A DNA stretch of 64,000 bases from Camelus dromedarius (GCF_036321535.1 NC_087436.1:66590001-66654000); one strand, 5' to 3'. Positions 38,417-51,820 are shown, counted from the stretch's first letter. Notes: generated by a model not told the origin, from the sequence alone. A program made the numbers and translations.

Positions 38417-40510
38417 TTTTTTTTTCTCTTTCTGGCGTGTCAGCCATGTCTAAGGAAGCAGTATTCGGTCCGAGGTTATATGTACACAAATGTCAGAAGT
38501 GAAAGCAACCTGTTCAGTCACTGTTGTGGTGTCAGGCACCGTGGGAACAACTGTAGCCTCTTTTGGCTTAAGCCCTGAGAGTCCACAGTAAGGCTCCAAG
38601 GGGAGTATCTACCAGGAGTAGACTAGGTTTGGTCCATGAGTCAGTACTGCAGATATCAGTTACTTGTTTTGGCTGAGGGTTCTCTGCTTTTCCGTGTGCT
38701 CCACAATCCTTACCAGACAAAGACCTTCCCACTTTAACCCCATGTCCATGTACTTCCAAGTCTGGTTCTCTGAATCAGCCTTTTCCCCAAAGGGCAAGTA
38801 CTTCTCTCCAGTGGTCGGTACCCAGAACAGGTTGCTGGAAATGATCTCCCAATGGCTAAATACCAGTTGTGAGCTGGCCTCTTCCTGATGCCATCAGTGA
38901 AGAAAGCCTTTAGCAATAGGCAGCAGAGCCTTGATGATAAACATGTCTGCCTAATTTTCTCTTCTTCTTGAAGCACTCAAACTTTTCTTTTTGGCAAGGC
39001 AGTATAGACTTACTTAACCAAGAACATCACCTCTGGGCATGATGCCACATGTGTACATAACTGCAACTGGCACTGAGGTTTCACTTATAGCACATCACAA
39101 CACACTTCTCTCATGGTGGCAATTGAGTGTCCTGAAGAGAGTCCACAACAGTCAGGCCATGATACTTCTCCTTTCTGAGCAGTCCTCTTCTCAAAGGGCT
39201 CAGAGCAGCTGGCCTTGGTTTTCATCTTGACCAGATTAGAGTTCATCTTCCCCTGTTCTTCTTTTAATAAATCATCAACTCTTGATTGTACTTATCACTT
39301 GCTCCTTGTTGCTTGAAGTTATTTAAGCCCCATATTCTAAGACAAGACAGACGCCCACGAGAGGCTCCTCACACATGGGCCCAGAGGGGGCTGCTAGTTG
39401 GAAGATACTCACAGTGCTAGCACCCAAATCTCAGTATTAACTGGCTGTTTCATAAATTTGATCATATCATATGGCCTGGCCATACTGAGTTTTACAAAGC
39501 TTCACTATTATGGGCTAATAGGTTGGGCCCAAATTTTCTTGAGCCAAATAACCAAATTTGGCCAACAGTGTTTCTCCATTTTTTCCTGGTTAGATGTTGC
39601 TGTAGTTTTCCTTTGAACTCTCAGTTCTCTCATAGATCTTCTGGTGCATCACGAATATTGCCGTCTTGATTCAGAGAGGATGTCAGTTGATCCACAGAAC
39701 TAACCATACTCACTGTTTTCTTCCAGAATCTGACCAACTTCTTCACACTGAGCACAACAAATTTATTGGGACTTGTTTTGGTGATGAGCACGTAAGAGTC
39801 AACTTGTATTCCTTCATGGACTTTGCTTTCCTTTGTTTGGTGTATGACTGTGATTTTTTGTTGATTTACTATTTATTCATTTACCATATCAACTTTGGAG
39901 GGCTTTCTGATTGTTTCTCTGGCTAGAATAAGAGGTTCAGACACACGGATTTGAACCTTTACAAATTTTTATGTTAATTCATCAGGCAGGCATTGTTGAA
40001 GATGGATTTCTCTGGCTGTAACTAAAATGTGGCCTTGTCTCAGTTTCCTTTGTTGCTTGGTGAGATGAGGAGCAGGTGCAGATTGCCAGTATTCCTGTTC
40101 TCAAGCTGGTCAGAGATCTCCACCCACGTCTAAGTCTGGACAGCCTGACTCTTTTGCATAGTGCAGTGAGGGGGAAATGAATTTCATAGTGATCCCTCAC
40201 ATGTGCTCATTTTCTCTGTAGTCCATGTACCTTTACCTCTCCTCAGACATGTCTTGACTATTACTGGCCCTTTGTTCTTATGTACGAATTTTAGGATCTG
40301 TATATCAAGTCCCTGCTTTCTGGTCAACCGCCATTACTAGATAATCAGTCAGGACAATAGGAGCCAAAACACAGATATGCCTGATGCCAGCAGTGTTTCT
40401 CAGTGAATCATCTTATCCAAACTGTTGAATCCTGTGGGCCCTTGATTTCTTGTGATCACTGCAGCCCCCAACTCAGCTCCAGCTCTTGGCACCCAGCACA
40501 CCATATTTGA
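38417..40510 (-). pseudogene. EFL1: Processed pseudogene of elongation factor-like GTPase 1 (EFL1/EFTUD1), internally deleted
   Basis: Minus-strand translation gives [126 protein letters not shown] and [15 protein letters not shown] (stop 38660-38662), matching recalled EFL1. Intronless, with stops and frameshifts, start codon and P-loop lost. Possible poly(A) remnant at ~38417; ends approximate. Confidence 0.93.
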
Positions 40511-41339
40511 ATGAGGCACAAAGGTCTCCAGGGTTTTTGTTTGTTTGTTTTTGTTGTCAGAGGAATTTGTGGTTCACAGACCTCTCTGCTGCCAACCTGC
40601 TTTTTTTTTAAGGCTTCAAGAAATTAATCAAACGCCTGGATGTTAGGAGGTTGCTGGGTATTGGCTAACAGACTAGGTGGCTACTTGTTACTTTCCTTGA
40701 CAAAATGACTCCTTTGGGGCTTGGAAGAGACATCTCAGCAGTCTCTTTAGAGGAGAGAGTGCTAAGTTGACCTAACGGCCAGCCTACTCATTCAAAGCTA
40801 GCAGAGGGTGACCTGTTATCAAAATTAGGAAGAAATAGTACTCATCCATGTAAGCCAGTTAAACTTTTCCAAAAATTCATAGGCAGAGTGGAGTATGTCC
40901 CTTGATGGCCAACAACTGCCTTTAAAAAAAAAAAAGAGTATAAATATAAAACCACAGTTCCATAAAGGTACAGATATGAGGTGGGGTTTATTGGGAAAAT
41001 CTTAGAAGCAGAGAAGGAATAAAGTGTCCAAAATCTCTTGTTATCCTATCTTATAGCCTCCACTGGGCAAAAATAGACTGCGTGCACACTGAGGAGAGAA
41101 GAAGACTGCCTCAGTAATGCTCTACTTAGTTACAGGGACAGGGGAGCAGGGAAAATGTATGGGGCTATGTAAAAGTAGAAGTTTCTTGGTTTGGGAAGTG
41201 ACTTTGTTAGAAGGGGTGGTAATCTGAAACCCACTGACTAATATCAAACTCTTCTGCCATTGATTCTACTAGGATCTGCTGAGCCAGAAATCTGTCAGCC
41301 AACCAAAGGGGGAGGGAAATGAGCTATCAGCGCCTTCCA

Positions 41340-41730
41340 AATATGTCCTTCTTCAGTGATGTTTAAAAATCTGCTCATGAAAGTTTTCTTCTCTGTTGTC
41401 TCCTAGAAGTGTTTTTGTTTTTTTTTTATGTCTCTCATGTCTGAATCTATAATCCATCTTGCATTGCTTTTGTGTCTACAGTACAAAATAGGAGTCACTA
41501 TGTGCATATGTATGTGTGTAAATGTATACATGTTATCCCATATGGATATCCAAGTAACACAAAACAATTTTTTGAAAAGGCTATCTTTCCCAAGTATACT
41601 GCTAGTGCAGTGGCACATCTGTAAAGTAACTATATATGTAGGTTTGTTTCTTGACTCTTAGTTTATTTAGCTATTCTTCTGCCAATATCAGACTATCTTA
41701 TTTAATGTTATTTTATAATAATTCTTGATA
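41340..41730 (-). mobile_element. Old L1 fragment
   Basis: 'cccatatggatatccaagtaacacaaaacaattttttgaaaaggctatctttccc' is antisense L1 ORF2 sequence. Confidence 0.6.
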
Positions 41731-42115
41731 TTGAGAAGACAATTCTCTAGGTGTCTCTCAGACTTCTGCATGTCTCACAAGCCTAGGAACTGATTACCAT
41801 TGTTCTAAAGTAAAGTCTTAGAAGATAAGAGATAATATCTTTTCTCCAGAGCAAAGGGGAACTTGGCTTATAGTCTCAGAAGGTAGAGATTGTGTCTATT
41901 TCTGGAACAAAGAGCAAGAATGCTCACTGTTTGTTATAAAAGATTCAATTTCTGTAAGGTCAGGATTCATCTTCTGTAATGGAACCTTCCACGTATGCTG
42001 GTGTCATCTAGACCTCTTTGCATCGTCTTAGGAATTAGAACTTAGGGAACTGACACAAATATGCTGTTGCTCTGGATACTTCTATTGCTACAAATAAAAA
42101 GTTCTGACTCAAGGG
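41731..42115 (+). mobile_element. ERV1-class LTR (MER89-like), 3' partial
   Basis: 'agacaattctctaggtgtctctcagacttctgcatgtc', 'gagcaaaggg', TATA 'ttataaaagatt' and AATAAA near 42093. Confidence 0.6.
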
Positions 42116-44039
42116 TAGATGATTGTGTGATTTTGTTTGTAATTGATGCTACCCTAAACTGGTGATTTCTTTCCTTCAGTAGACTGGATCATAAACCAAG
42201 GCAAAGGTGAAGGTTAAGACTGCAAAAATATACTGATTTTCAGAGAAGCGCATAGAAACAAACCATAAAGAATCACCAAAATGAATAAGCAATGGAGATA
42301 TTCTGTGTGCAAACACAATATTAACCCATGTTTTGAGTGTGTGATTGATTATGTGCTATGTCCAAAACATATAAATTTTATGGTGATATTTTAAATAAGT
42401 TGAAGCATGTCTAACATCACAGATTTCATATATTTTGTTCATTGATTCTTTTTTGTTTAAATCAGCACAATGATTATCACAGTAGTACTAAAGAAATAGT
42501 ATCTAAGCATTTCATTTTCAGAAATCAAAAAGTAACTCTGGTACAATTTCATGGAACTTTAAGAGATTAGATGAATGAGATTTAGATTTGTTAAACCTAC
42601 CCTATGTTAACACTATGCAGTTCTGTTTGATTAATTTCATTGTGCTTCTTTTTCTATAGTTAGAGGATGTCCTTATCCATCTTGTCTAGATAAAAAATGC
42701 CCACAGATCCTAAAAGCTAAAGAAGCCATTATTCAGTATTACATTTAAAAGACAAAGTGTTTCAAAGCAATTAATTAAAGTTGGCCCCATGTCAGATAAA
42801 AGTGCCATATAATAAAGTCCTTAGAAACTGATGTAAAAATCTAAGAGTTAAGGCAGTAGGTTTCAAGCCTGCTCTCCTATTGATTTAATCTGTGGGGAGA
42901 CAAGGGCTTAGCCTTCCCCAGCCCTGTCCCCACACACTGCTAAACCAGAGTGCTCTTGCATTTTTCATTTCAGACCAGATCTTGACATCCCTTTGAATTT
43001 ATTTTACATACTTGGGGAACATGAATACAACTTCAGGCTTTCATCCTTTTATAAGACATTCATTATGTGCATTAACTGACAGCTGTGAAATTATCTGCCA
43101 CTTGTCTTAAATAAAAGCAAGAAAATTCAAAATAGATGTGCATTCTGTACTTAGGCAAATTTCACAGAATCTTCTTTAATTCAAATTTCTCTAGACACTT
43201 CTTTTAATATAGGCTTTAAGTACAGTGAATATGTTCAGTCATTACTACATATTGAGTGTCTGATGGTTTTTGAAAGCTCAGGAGGCAGTCTACATTTTTG
43301 TCACTTGTTTTTAGTGTAACTAGGTTTGGCAGCTCTATATGAGTTTTTGCATCTTAAAAAATCTCCACCTCTATTGCACTTCGTTGTATATTAATGCGGT
43401 TCTTTAAAATGTTTTAATATTCATTTTGCCATTTAAGTTAAAGTTGTCCAAAACGAAATCACTTGTGAGCACAACATTTTCAGCCATTGAAGCTGGTGCC
43501 ACTTTTTAAAGATCCCTTTTGGTGACAAATATGAAAAAACAGCTGGCGAGAAAAGTATGTTTCCCTTAGGGAAGAGTGTCTGGAAAAATATAAATGGTCA
43601 TTTCTAGATATAGGCCTTTGTTCTGATTTTCTGAAAGATAAAGAAGATCTGATTACATCAAAAGACAAGGACACTGAATTTAAGGAAAACAAAACTGTAT
43701 AGCATGAGTAAAAGCAAAAAGCTCTATCCTGCAAATCAACTGTGGAGACTCCCATTCTCTTTTCACTATTATTTAGGTTTTATAGACGTAAATTACAGTA
43801 AACAAAGTAACAGCTGTTCTATGGAGTGAAAGATTATTCAATCCTGAGTTTCAATTGCTTGGGCAAAAACTTCCTTTGGAATATTCTCAACATGCATTAC
43901 TAAATTAATGTGTACATTTGTGTTTAAGATAGAGATATTAGATAGATCAAGGTATAAATAGATGCATGATAGATATTCTCTTTATTTCTTAATAATTAAA
44001 TCAGCACAAAGATAATGTGACATTCATTTTTTCCATTTT

Positions 44040-44240
44040 CTTTAATCATTTTTATGGAAGCATAGTTACATGAGCAAAGTGATTCATATATATATATACA
44101 TATTCTTTTTCAGATTCTTTTCCGTTATTAGTTCTTACAAGATACTGAATATAGTTCCCTATGCTATACAGTAGATCCTTGCTGTTTCTCTATTTTATAT
44201 ATTATAGTGTGTATCTGTTAATCCCAGACCCCTAATTTGC
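44040..44240 (-). mobile_element. Short L1 3' UTR fragment (cetartiodactyl type)
   Basis: 'acaagatactgaatatagttccctatgctatacagtagatccttgctg'. Confidence 0.8.
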
Positions 44241-44769
44241 TTTTAATTTGACTTGTTTTACTTTGATTGGTATATTTAGCAAAATAAAAATGTAAGTGAC
44301 TAGCCAGTTATGCTATTTAACATATTGTGCTTCCAAGATTTTCTTTGAGAGATACAGATCTGCCTTAGATAATCTGTCTTCTAGGACATTATCTTAAATC
44401 ACTACAATATGCTGTTTCATTTCAGTATTTATCTCAGTTTGTGTGTTTATGTATGTTGACTAAGTATTAGTAGTTATGTTATTCTTGTTTTTATTTTACT
44501 ATTATTACTATTACTAGTATCATTAGTGGGGAAAAGACTTAGACAAATCTTTTCAGAGACAAATAGAAAAATGTACCCATAGTAAGTGCAACAAAGCAGA
44601 GGTATATTTCAGTGAGATAATATTAGGGGGTATAATACTCTTAGAGAAATCATGGATTGTATTAAAGTGGAAAAATCTATTTAAATGACATCTGAAAGGC
44701 AATTAGGTGTTAATTAGGTTAAGTATTTGCAGTTGGAATAAAAAAAAAAAACCTATCAGTATTATTCAT

Positions 44770-46212
44770 GAGGTTTGACAACCTGTTTCTAGATTTTACT
44801 TGGAAAACCAAAGTATAAGAAGAGACATGTTAATTTTGAAAAAGGATAAGAATAAGTTGAAGAAGTTTGCCCTATCAGATATCAAAGTATAATATGTTTA
44901 AAATATGATGTTAACCAATGAAGAGGTAATTAGAACAGTAAACTGAATATAGGACACAGAAAGAAACCTGTGCTTGTAAGGAAATGAAGTACAATCCAGG
45001 GGACATTACAGCTCAGTGTGGAAAAATGGACTAGACACCAAATGCTTCCTGCACAATCAGTTATCTTTGTGGAAGAAAAAATGAATCCATACCTGACATC
45101 ATATATATTTTAAAACTTTAATTTTACAACCAATTTTAAATTTAGGAAGAAAATACACTCTTCATAAGATTGGAGATTTCTTAAGTAAGGAGTAAAAAAA
45201 CCCAAACTTTAAAGAAAAACCTTGATAACATTTGATTACATTTTATAGTTATAAAAAGACATCAGAGGGCTAAAGTATAATCTTAGGTTGGAAAATACTT
45301 CCAAGAGTTTGTGCGCATAATGTATTTTTAAAAGTTAAAAATTAAGGAGAAATGGTCAACCCAACTGACTAACAAACAGAATGTTTAATTGGACAATTCA
45401 CAGAAGAGACTAATAAACATATGAAATGAGCTCAAATTTTCTATTATCAGGAAAGTGCAATAAAAACCTAGTAAGACAGAATTCCACAGTGATAACAAAG
45501 ATGCAGAGAAATGACATCTCTTTCATTCTGCTAAGGAAATATGAACTGGTACAATCATTCTAGTCAGCAATATGATAATTCCTAGCAAAAACTGAAGATG
45601 TGCATGTGATGAATGTTACCCAACCATATGTATGTATACAAGAGAAATATACTAGCTTGTTCTTATCAGCATTTATTTTATCACTCAAGAAAAGGGAGAG
45701 TAGTGGAAGGAAGGGAGGAATGGAGGAAAGGAGGGAGGAAAAAAGAAGGAAATAAATTAGGAAATTTAAAGCCCTAAGTGTAATCTTTAGAAGAATGGAT
45801 GAGCAAATCATGTTGTATTCATACATTAAATATCAAACAATGGTGACAATGGATAAACTAGCTCTATCTGTATAAATATAGATGACTGTTTTAAGTAATA
45901 TTGGGTGTAAAAAATAAATTACATAATGGATACATACCATGATATTCAATGGTATCTACCATGATCCTATACATACGAAGTTTTAAAACAAGTGAAACAG
46001 TGATTTATTACTTAAGCATATGTATATATGTAGTACAAACTATTTGTTAAATGTGTGTAATTGAGGAACTTTTGAATCAGAGCATTGGTTATCTGAGGTT
46101 GAGAGTCGGGGAGGAAGTAGATATGATTGGAGTGACAGAAATTCAAATCTATTGGCAATGTTTTATTTCTTACATTGAGTGATATAAACATGATTTTTGG
46201 TTGCATTCTCTA
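44770..46212 (+). mobile_element. Old L1 (L1ME-type) 3' portion
   Basis: 'tttgccctatcagatatcaaag', 'ggacaattcacagaagagactaataaacatatgaaa' and 'ggcaatgttttatttcttacattgagtg'. Confidence 0.65.
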
Positions 46213-46358
46213 ACCTTTTCTTTTTTTTTTTTTTGTATATCTAACAGGTCATAAAATGGGAGGTAAGGATTTTCCAGATAGAGGAACTGGTGTACACATA
46301 GGCCCTAGGAAGGAAGAGGCATGAGACTAAAAGAAGGCAGTACCCTCCAGTGGAGCCC

Positions 46359-46607
46359 ATTTTTAATTGAAGTATAGTCAGTTTACAATGTGGTGTCAAT
46401 TTCTGGTGTACAGCATAATGTTTCAGTCACACATATATATACATATATTCCTTTTCATAATCTTTTTCATTATAGGTTACTGTAAGATATTGAATATAGT
46501 TGCCTGTATTATGCAGTATAAACTTACATTTACCTATTTTATATATAGTAGTTAGTATCTGCAAATCTCAAACTCCCATTTTATCCCTTCCCACCCCCTT
46601 TCCTTCT
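46359..46607 (-). mobile_element. Short young L1 3' end
   Basis: 'attgaagtatagtcagtttacaatgtggtgtcaatttctggtgtacagcataatg' is the reverse complement of the 3' end of the L1 at 6054-7524. Confidence 0.88.
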
Positions 46608-49600
46608 GTCTGATTTTATGTATATAATCTAAATTTAATCATTCATATTTGAGATAAAAACAGAATCAAAATTTGTACTGTCCCCTGCATAAGTAGGCGG
46701 CCTACAGAAATAGAGGGTGCACTCACTTTTTCACTAGGGCTTTTACAGTTAGATTTCCTTCGGAGGCAATAGATTATTCACATAAGGCTATTCATGTCCC
46801 TGGCACAAAGTTTTTTTGCAAGAGTTAGTGTCCTGAATGCTTTCCCATAAAGCTGCGCATTGAGCAAAATTATTGTCTCCCTCATCTCATTGAAATATCA
46901 GTACTCATTTTTATTCCAGAATATTAGAAGGGGTAGTGTTTGGATCAACTCTTAAAGCAGAATTTTTCATATGTTGTTAATTTTTATAATTTAAATAAAT
47001 GTAACTTCTTTAATTAGACTGAACGCTTTTCATAGACCAGAACCAGGTTTTTTGCATCTTCTTTCTTCAAATACTAACATTTGGGATGTTCTGCATAAAT
47101 AAGTAGGTGCTAAAGATGTTGCACATTGACCAAAAGTTCTTATATTTAATAGAAATACTTCAATCGTCGAGTCAGTTGTACAGTACTTTGTGGAAATGAC
47201 ACTGCTCCATATAACAGCTTTCATAACTCCTGCCTTATATTCCTCATCAGAGAAAGAAATGCACTATAGACTTCTTAATGACTGACAAATTCTTCCTGTG
47301 GAGCTGAAGCCACTTTGTTTTCTAAGTCTCATTCTTCTTCAGCTAGGGAACGACTCTGAGGAATACAACAAAACTTAACGTTCATGATGAATTATCCCAT
47401 CCATCATTAGAACTGTCACAGTGCTGTGGTGCTCATATAATATATCTTTGGTGTAAAGGCACCATCGTGGTATATTACTCAAAAGGTAGGTTCTTCTGAA
47501 CAGTGGATTCAGCTTAACAAGAACCTTGCCAATTGTTTGGAAACATAAATTTCTGAAGTGACACCTTTGCCAGACCCAGTGCCACCTTCTACTCAGTAAA
47601 CAAACTACCTGTTACATGAAAGGTGTGAAAACATGCTTTGGAATGCTACATATAAATATATCATAATGAATAACTGTACAATTTTAGAACTTAAATTTGA
47701 TAAATCTATAAATGTAATGAAATTTAAATTTAGAGGCAAATACATATTTTAGAATTTATAAACTATCTTAATTTAAATGCATGTTGGTCTTTTTCTCCTA
47801 TAGTAATTACTTATACACATACATAGTATCTCAGTGTAACTAAGAAATACAGCAAAAACACTTTTAAAATACATCGTTACAAAAAACCACACTACAGTTT
47901 TTTCAATATATACTATTCATTTTTTTTGTCCTTTGAATATATCAGATCCATTGTATGTAATTCATTGTTTGATCTTATTAGAAAATATTGATTCTTCAAG
48001 ATTTTCATGGAATTAAGACCTGTTACATACTGTTTATTTTACCAAACAGGCTACCCTAAGCAAACTGAAATCATCCACAGTATACATGACTAATTATCAT
48101 TCCTACCCATGAATACAGGTAGTAAGGGAATAGACTCAAGTCTTCTTTCTAACAGTTGTTATGACTTTATTAAGAAATAGGTGCTACTGAAAATGAATTA
48201 CCATTTTTTCCTGTACACTCAATATTCTTTTTTACTACGAATGGACTTTTAGTTAGGTCCAAGCTATGCCTTTTACCTTCACTTAATTACTAACTACAAA
48301 TTAAAGTCATTCCACCACCAAGAGTACTGGTTTTGTGCAGTATTCAATTTGATTGTGTTCTATCTCCTTCAGTATGTCAGATTTATTTGGAAAACTTTTA
48401 TTAATAAAAGATTCAGAATGTCAGACACCAGTCAATAAATATCACATTCTTTCATTAAGGATCAGAGACCAGCGTAATGGAAAAATAATTTTCCCACCAA
48501 ATTCCCTGTGGCTCCCTCACTGCCCAACGCAAGGTAGTCTGGGCCAGAGAACTCAGGATGCACCTCAATATAGGGAGCAACAGCTCTGCAGCACATAGTG
48601 CTTCCAAAGATACATTAATGAAAAGAAAAGAAGGAAACAGCCCCAGAAGTTATCCATGCCTATCTGTCTATCATCTATAGTCTCTCTTCTCCTTCTGTCT
48701 CTCTCTTTCTCAAATATCACAGATTTCTTAATGCCTTACCTAATTCTAATTTCTTTTCATAGTGTAACATGGGACATATATTGAGCTACGTAAGTGATTT
48801 ATAACTTCCAAAAATGCAGTGATTTAATAAAATTGTTGAAAAGGGTGATAGATACCAATGCTAAACAGTCTTTTTCCTCCTTGAAGAATTTTTCAATGCC
48901 CATTCTCCTTTTAAAAAATAGTAAATGACTGTAAAAGTAAACAAAGGTTTTATTGTTAAATTCTAATAATTTCATACAGAGAATTTTTTTTTCTCTCAGA
49001 CCAATGCTGTCCTTGTGTTCCTTTTAATAAGTGGCAATATATCCTTTGAACAATGTCCCAACATTTTGTATATTTATGTGACCACAAACCACAAAAATAT
49101 TGACTTATTTATGTCTATTTTACATACTTCTCATAATTACAAAAAGAGTTTGGGTTCACTTGTTCTAATCATGTAACATCATTGGGTAACATATAAAATT
49201 TAAAAAGCAGTGTCAAGTGAAAAAAAAAAAGATCACATATTAAAATGAAACCAATTTTAAGTCCTGAAAGGGAGAAACCTCTACACAAGTATAAACCTCA
49301 TTTAAAATTTGACTACAGTCTTCTTATCAAGTATCATAGATTGTGTAGTATAAAGGCTTGTTAGTTCACGTCAGATGTAGAAATTTTGGTAGCACAAGAA
49401 AAACTTTTTTGTGGTTCTCATAAAAAGATGAAAAATTCACTGATAAATTTCTTACCAGCATTTCTACAAAAATTATAATATCTTTCTTAGTTTTTTTCTT
49501 ATGTAATTTCCCAGTGAAACCTAATGAAGAACAATCTGGAAAATGGATACTTCTTAATATTCTCTGCTACGTTTCATACTTCTGAGCATCAAATATCCTT

Positions 49601-49768
49601 TGCTTCTTTCTTTCCACATATAAAAAATACTCTGAAATTCCTCAAGAGAGATAACCCACTCTTCTGTCTAAGCCCTCCACCTCAGAGCCAAATTCTCTTG
49701 GTAATGAATTTTGTGCTGTGGGCATGGCTCCTTTTGGTCCACTGACCTATAAACAAGTTATCTACATA

Positions 49769-49769
<1 letters not shown>

Positions 49770-49805
<36 letters not shown>
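49770..49805. repeat. Perfect (AC)18 microsatellite
   Basis: Directly visible. Confidence 0.95.
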
Positions 49806-49806
<1 letters not shown>

Positions 49807-51604
49807 ATGCAAAATGGTGGAAGGGTGATAATTAATGGTCTTTATTCAAAATAAAAAAAAAGAGAAGAAAACACTAAGATTCCTTTTATTCAAGTCAAAA
49901 CCACATATGTCTTTCTATCTAGAGATATATATCTCATTCTCAAAATATTATCTTTCTCCTTCACTCTCCACTCCAGCATAATGATATGTGAAATCTTTAT
50001 ATACTTTTCTTCATACCATTAAAGATGTTTAAAAATAATAGACACCTTTTCTGTAATTTGAAGAAAAATGAAATCATGTTTACTAATCTGTTTTTCATTG
50101 GTAAAAAAAAAAAAAAAACAAAGAAAGAGAGAAAGAAAGAAATCTAGTGCTTTTTCAAATGAGGGAGTTTAATGAAGATTCTAACCTAAATTGATCTTCA
50201 TGACATTTCTGCCCAGTGATGAATTGAGAATATACCTTATAAAGATCTAAATTATTCTTAGATAACTTCTGAGATTCTGCTGCTACCTTCCCTGAAAGAA
50301 AGCAGAGAAGCAGCAGGAGGACAAAGAAGAAGAGAAAGAGGAGGAGGAGAATTCTCAATACAGTTATCCAGCTCTCACGTGGCAGAATATGAAAAACCTG
50401 AATATTTTAACCCAGAATCATAATCACCCACTTCAGCCATAAAATATAGCAGAAAATTTACAAATAGAATCAATCAGAGAAATGTACCCATAAAATCACT
50501 TATTTTGACAAGTGGTTCTTCCAATGGAACCAATTAGAATAAATTAGCTTTGAAATAAACCTGTTACTAACTATATGCTTTGAATCACTATGTAATTGGT
50601 AGAATAAGTCAATTTAATTTGAGAGTACTTATACCAAAAAAAAAGACAAATTTAGTTCTAGAAAAATTAATCTAATTATCAATCTCTTATCATAAAAGTA
50701 TCTTCTGTGCTAGCTTCTGCCTATAAAATCATGACAGTAGTTAGTGTCCCACAATTATGACCTTGTTCAGAGTAAGTGAGAGGCATAAATCCAAATCGTG
50801 GTAAATAATTTCCAATCAAAACAGAAAACATTAGAATGAAACAAGCCAAATCATAACCTATTTTATACTAATCCAAAGTTTTACTTAATTGGGATATTTT
50901 GCATTTTAAAAAATTATAAGCTCGCAGGTATTTTTACGCTCTTAGAGGTTGTAATTATTTCCATGGAATGCATATCTTTTTAATAATGGTTGATTAGCCT
51001 AAGTATATGGCAGAACTGATATATAGATATAGATATGTTTAATTGCTTTATAGTAACTTACTAGTATCACTTATGTATCTGTTCAAAGCTTGGGTTTAAA
51101 AAACAAAAAGAATGGATAATATTTTGCTATATTCATGGTGATAATGGATGACAAATGATTGTTCTTAGGAATTTTATATATCATTATGAGTTGTGATTCA
51201 TTTTAATATCCTCTGAAAAGTATTTCCAGTATTTTCACAGTAGGAAAGTCAACTTTCTTATTGTCCTATCTTGGACACCGACACCCTATCCCCTCATTGT
51301 ACTGTCAAATTATAGAACAATTCACTGAAGTAACTAAAAAACTTTGAGGTCAAATTTATTAAATATGATTTTTATGTTACACATGATACACAGTGAAAAT
51401 TAGGTGGAGTTTTAAGACTACACACAAGTTGTTTTGGATGAATCTGTTATTTTGAAAAATATAAATAAATTATGTTTTAGTCAGTGTAATTAAGATTTAC
51501 AGTTAGAGGAGAACAATTTTATAATGAAATGTCAAACGGTTAAATGATGTGTGCAGTGGAATCAAGATGAGTTGTGTTGTAATTTCTTTGATAAGCATAT
51601 ATTT

Positions 51605-51820
51605 ACTTAATGAATACTATGTGTCTAAGTTCTTTCCATATATTGACTCAATTAATTCTTACAACAAACCTATAAAGTAGCTACTAGTAGTATTAAGCTA
51701 ATTTTGTAGATGAAGAAACGGAGACATATCGTTTAAGTGACTTGTCCAAGATTGAACAAACAGTAATTCAGTTAGAGAGAATTCAGTTCAGGCCTGTGGT
51801 TATGGAGACCATGCATTCTA
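51605..51820 (-). mobile_element. MIR SINE
   Basis: MIR core 'attttgtagatgaagaaacggagac...ttaagtgacttgtccaag'. Confidence 0.7.

Noticed and set aside
38568..39926. Cluster of short ORFs as genes
   Set aside because: Off-frame or antisense readings of the EFL1 pseudogene.
47270..47310. ccacag|GAAGAATTTGTCAGTCATTAA (EEFVSH*) resembling the PTGER3 EEFWGN* terminal exon
   Set aside because: Only 3 residues match, the following sequence does not resemble the PTGER3 UTR as I recall it, and no other PTGER3 exons were seen.
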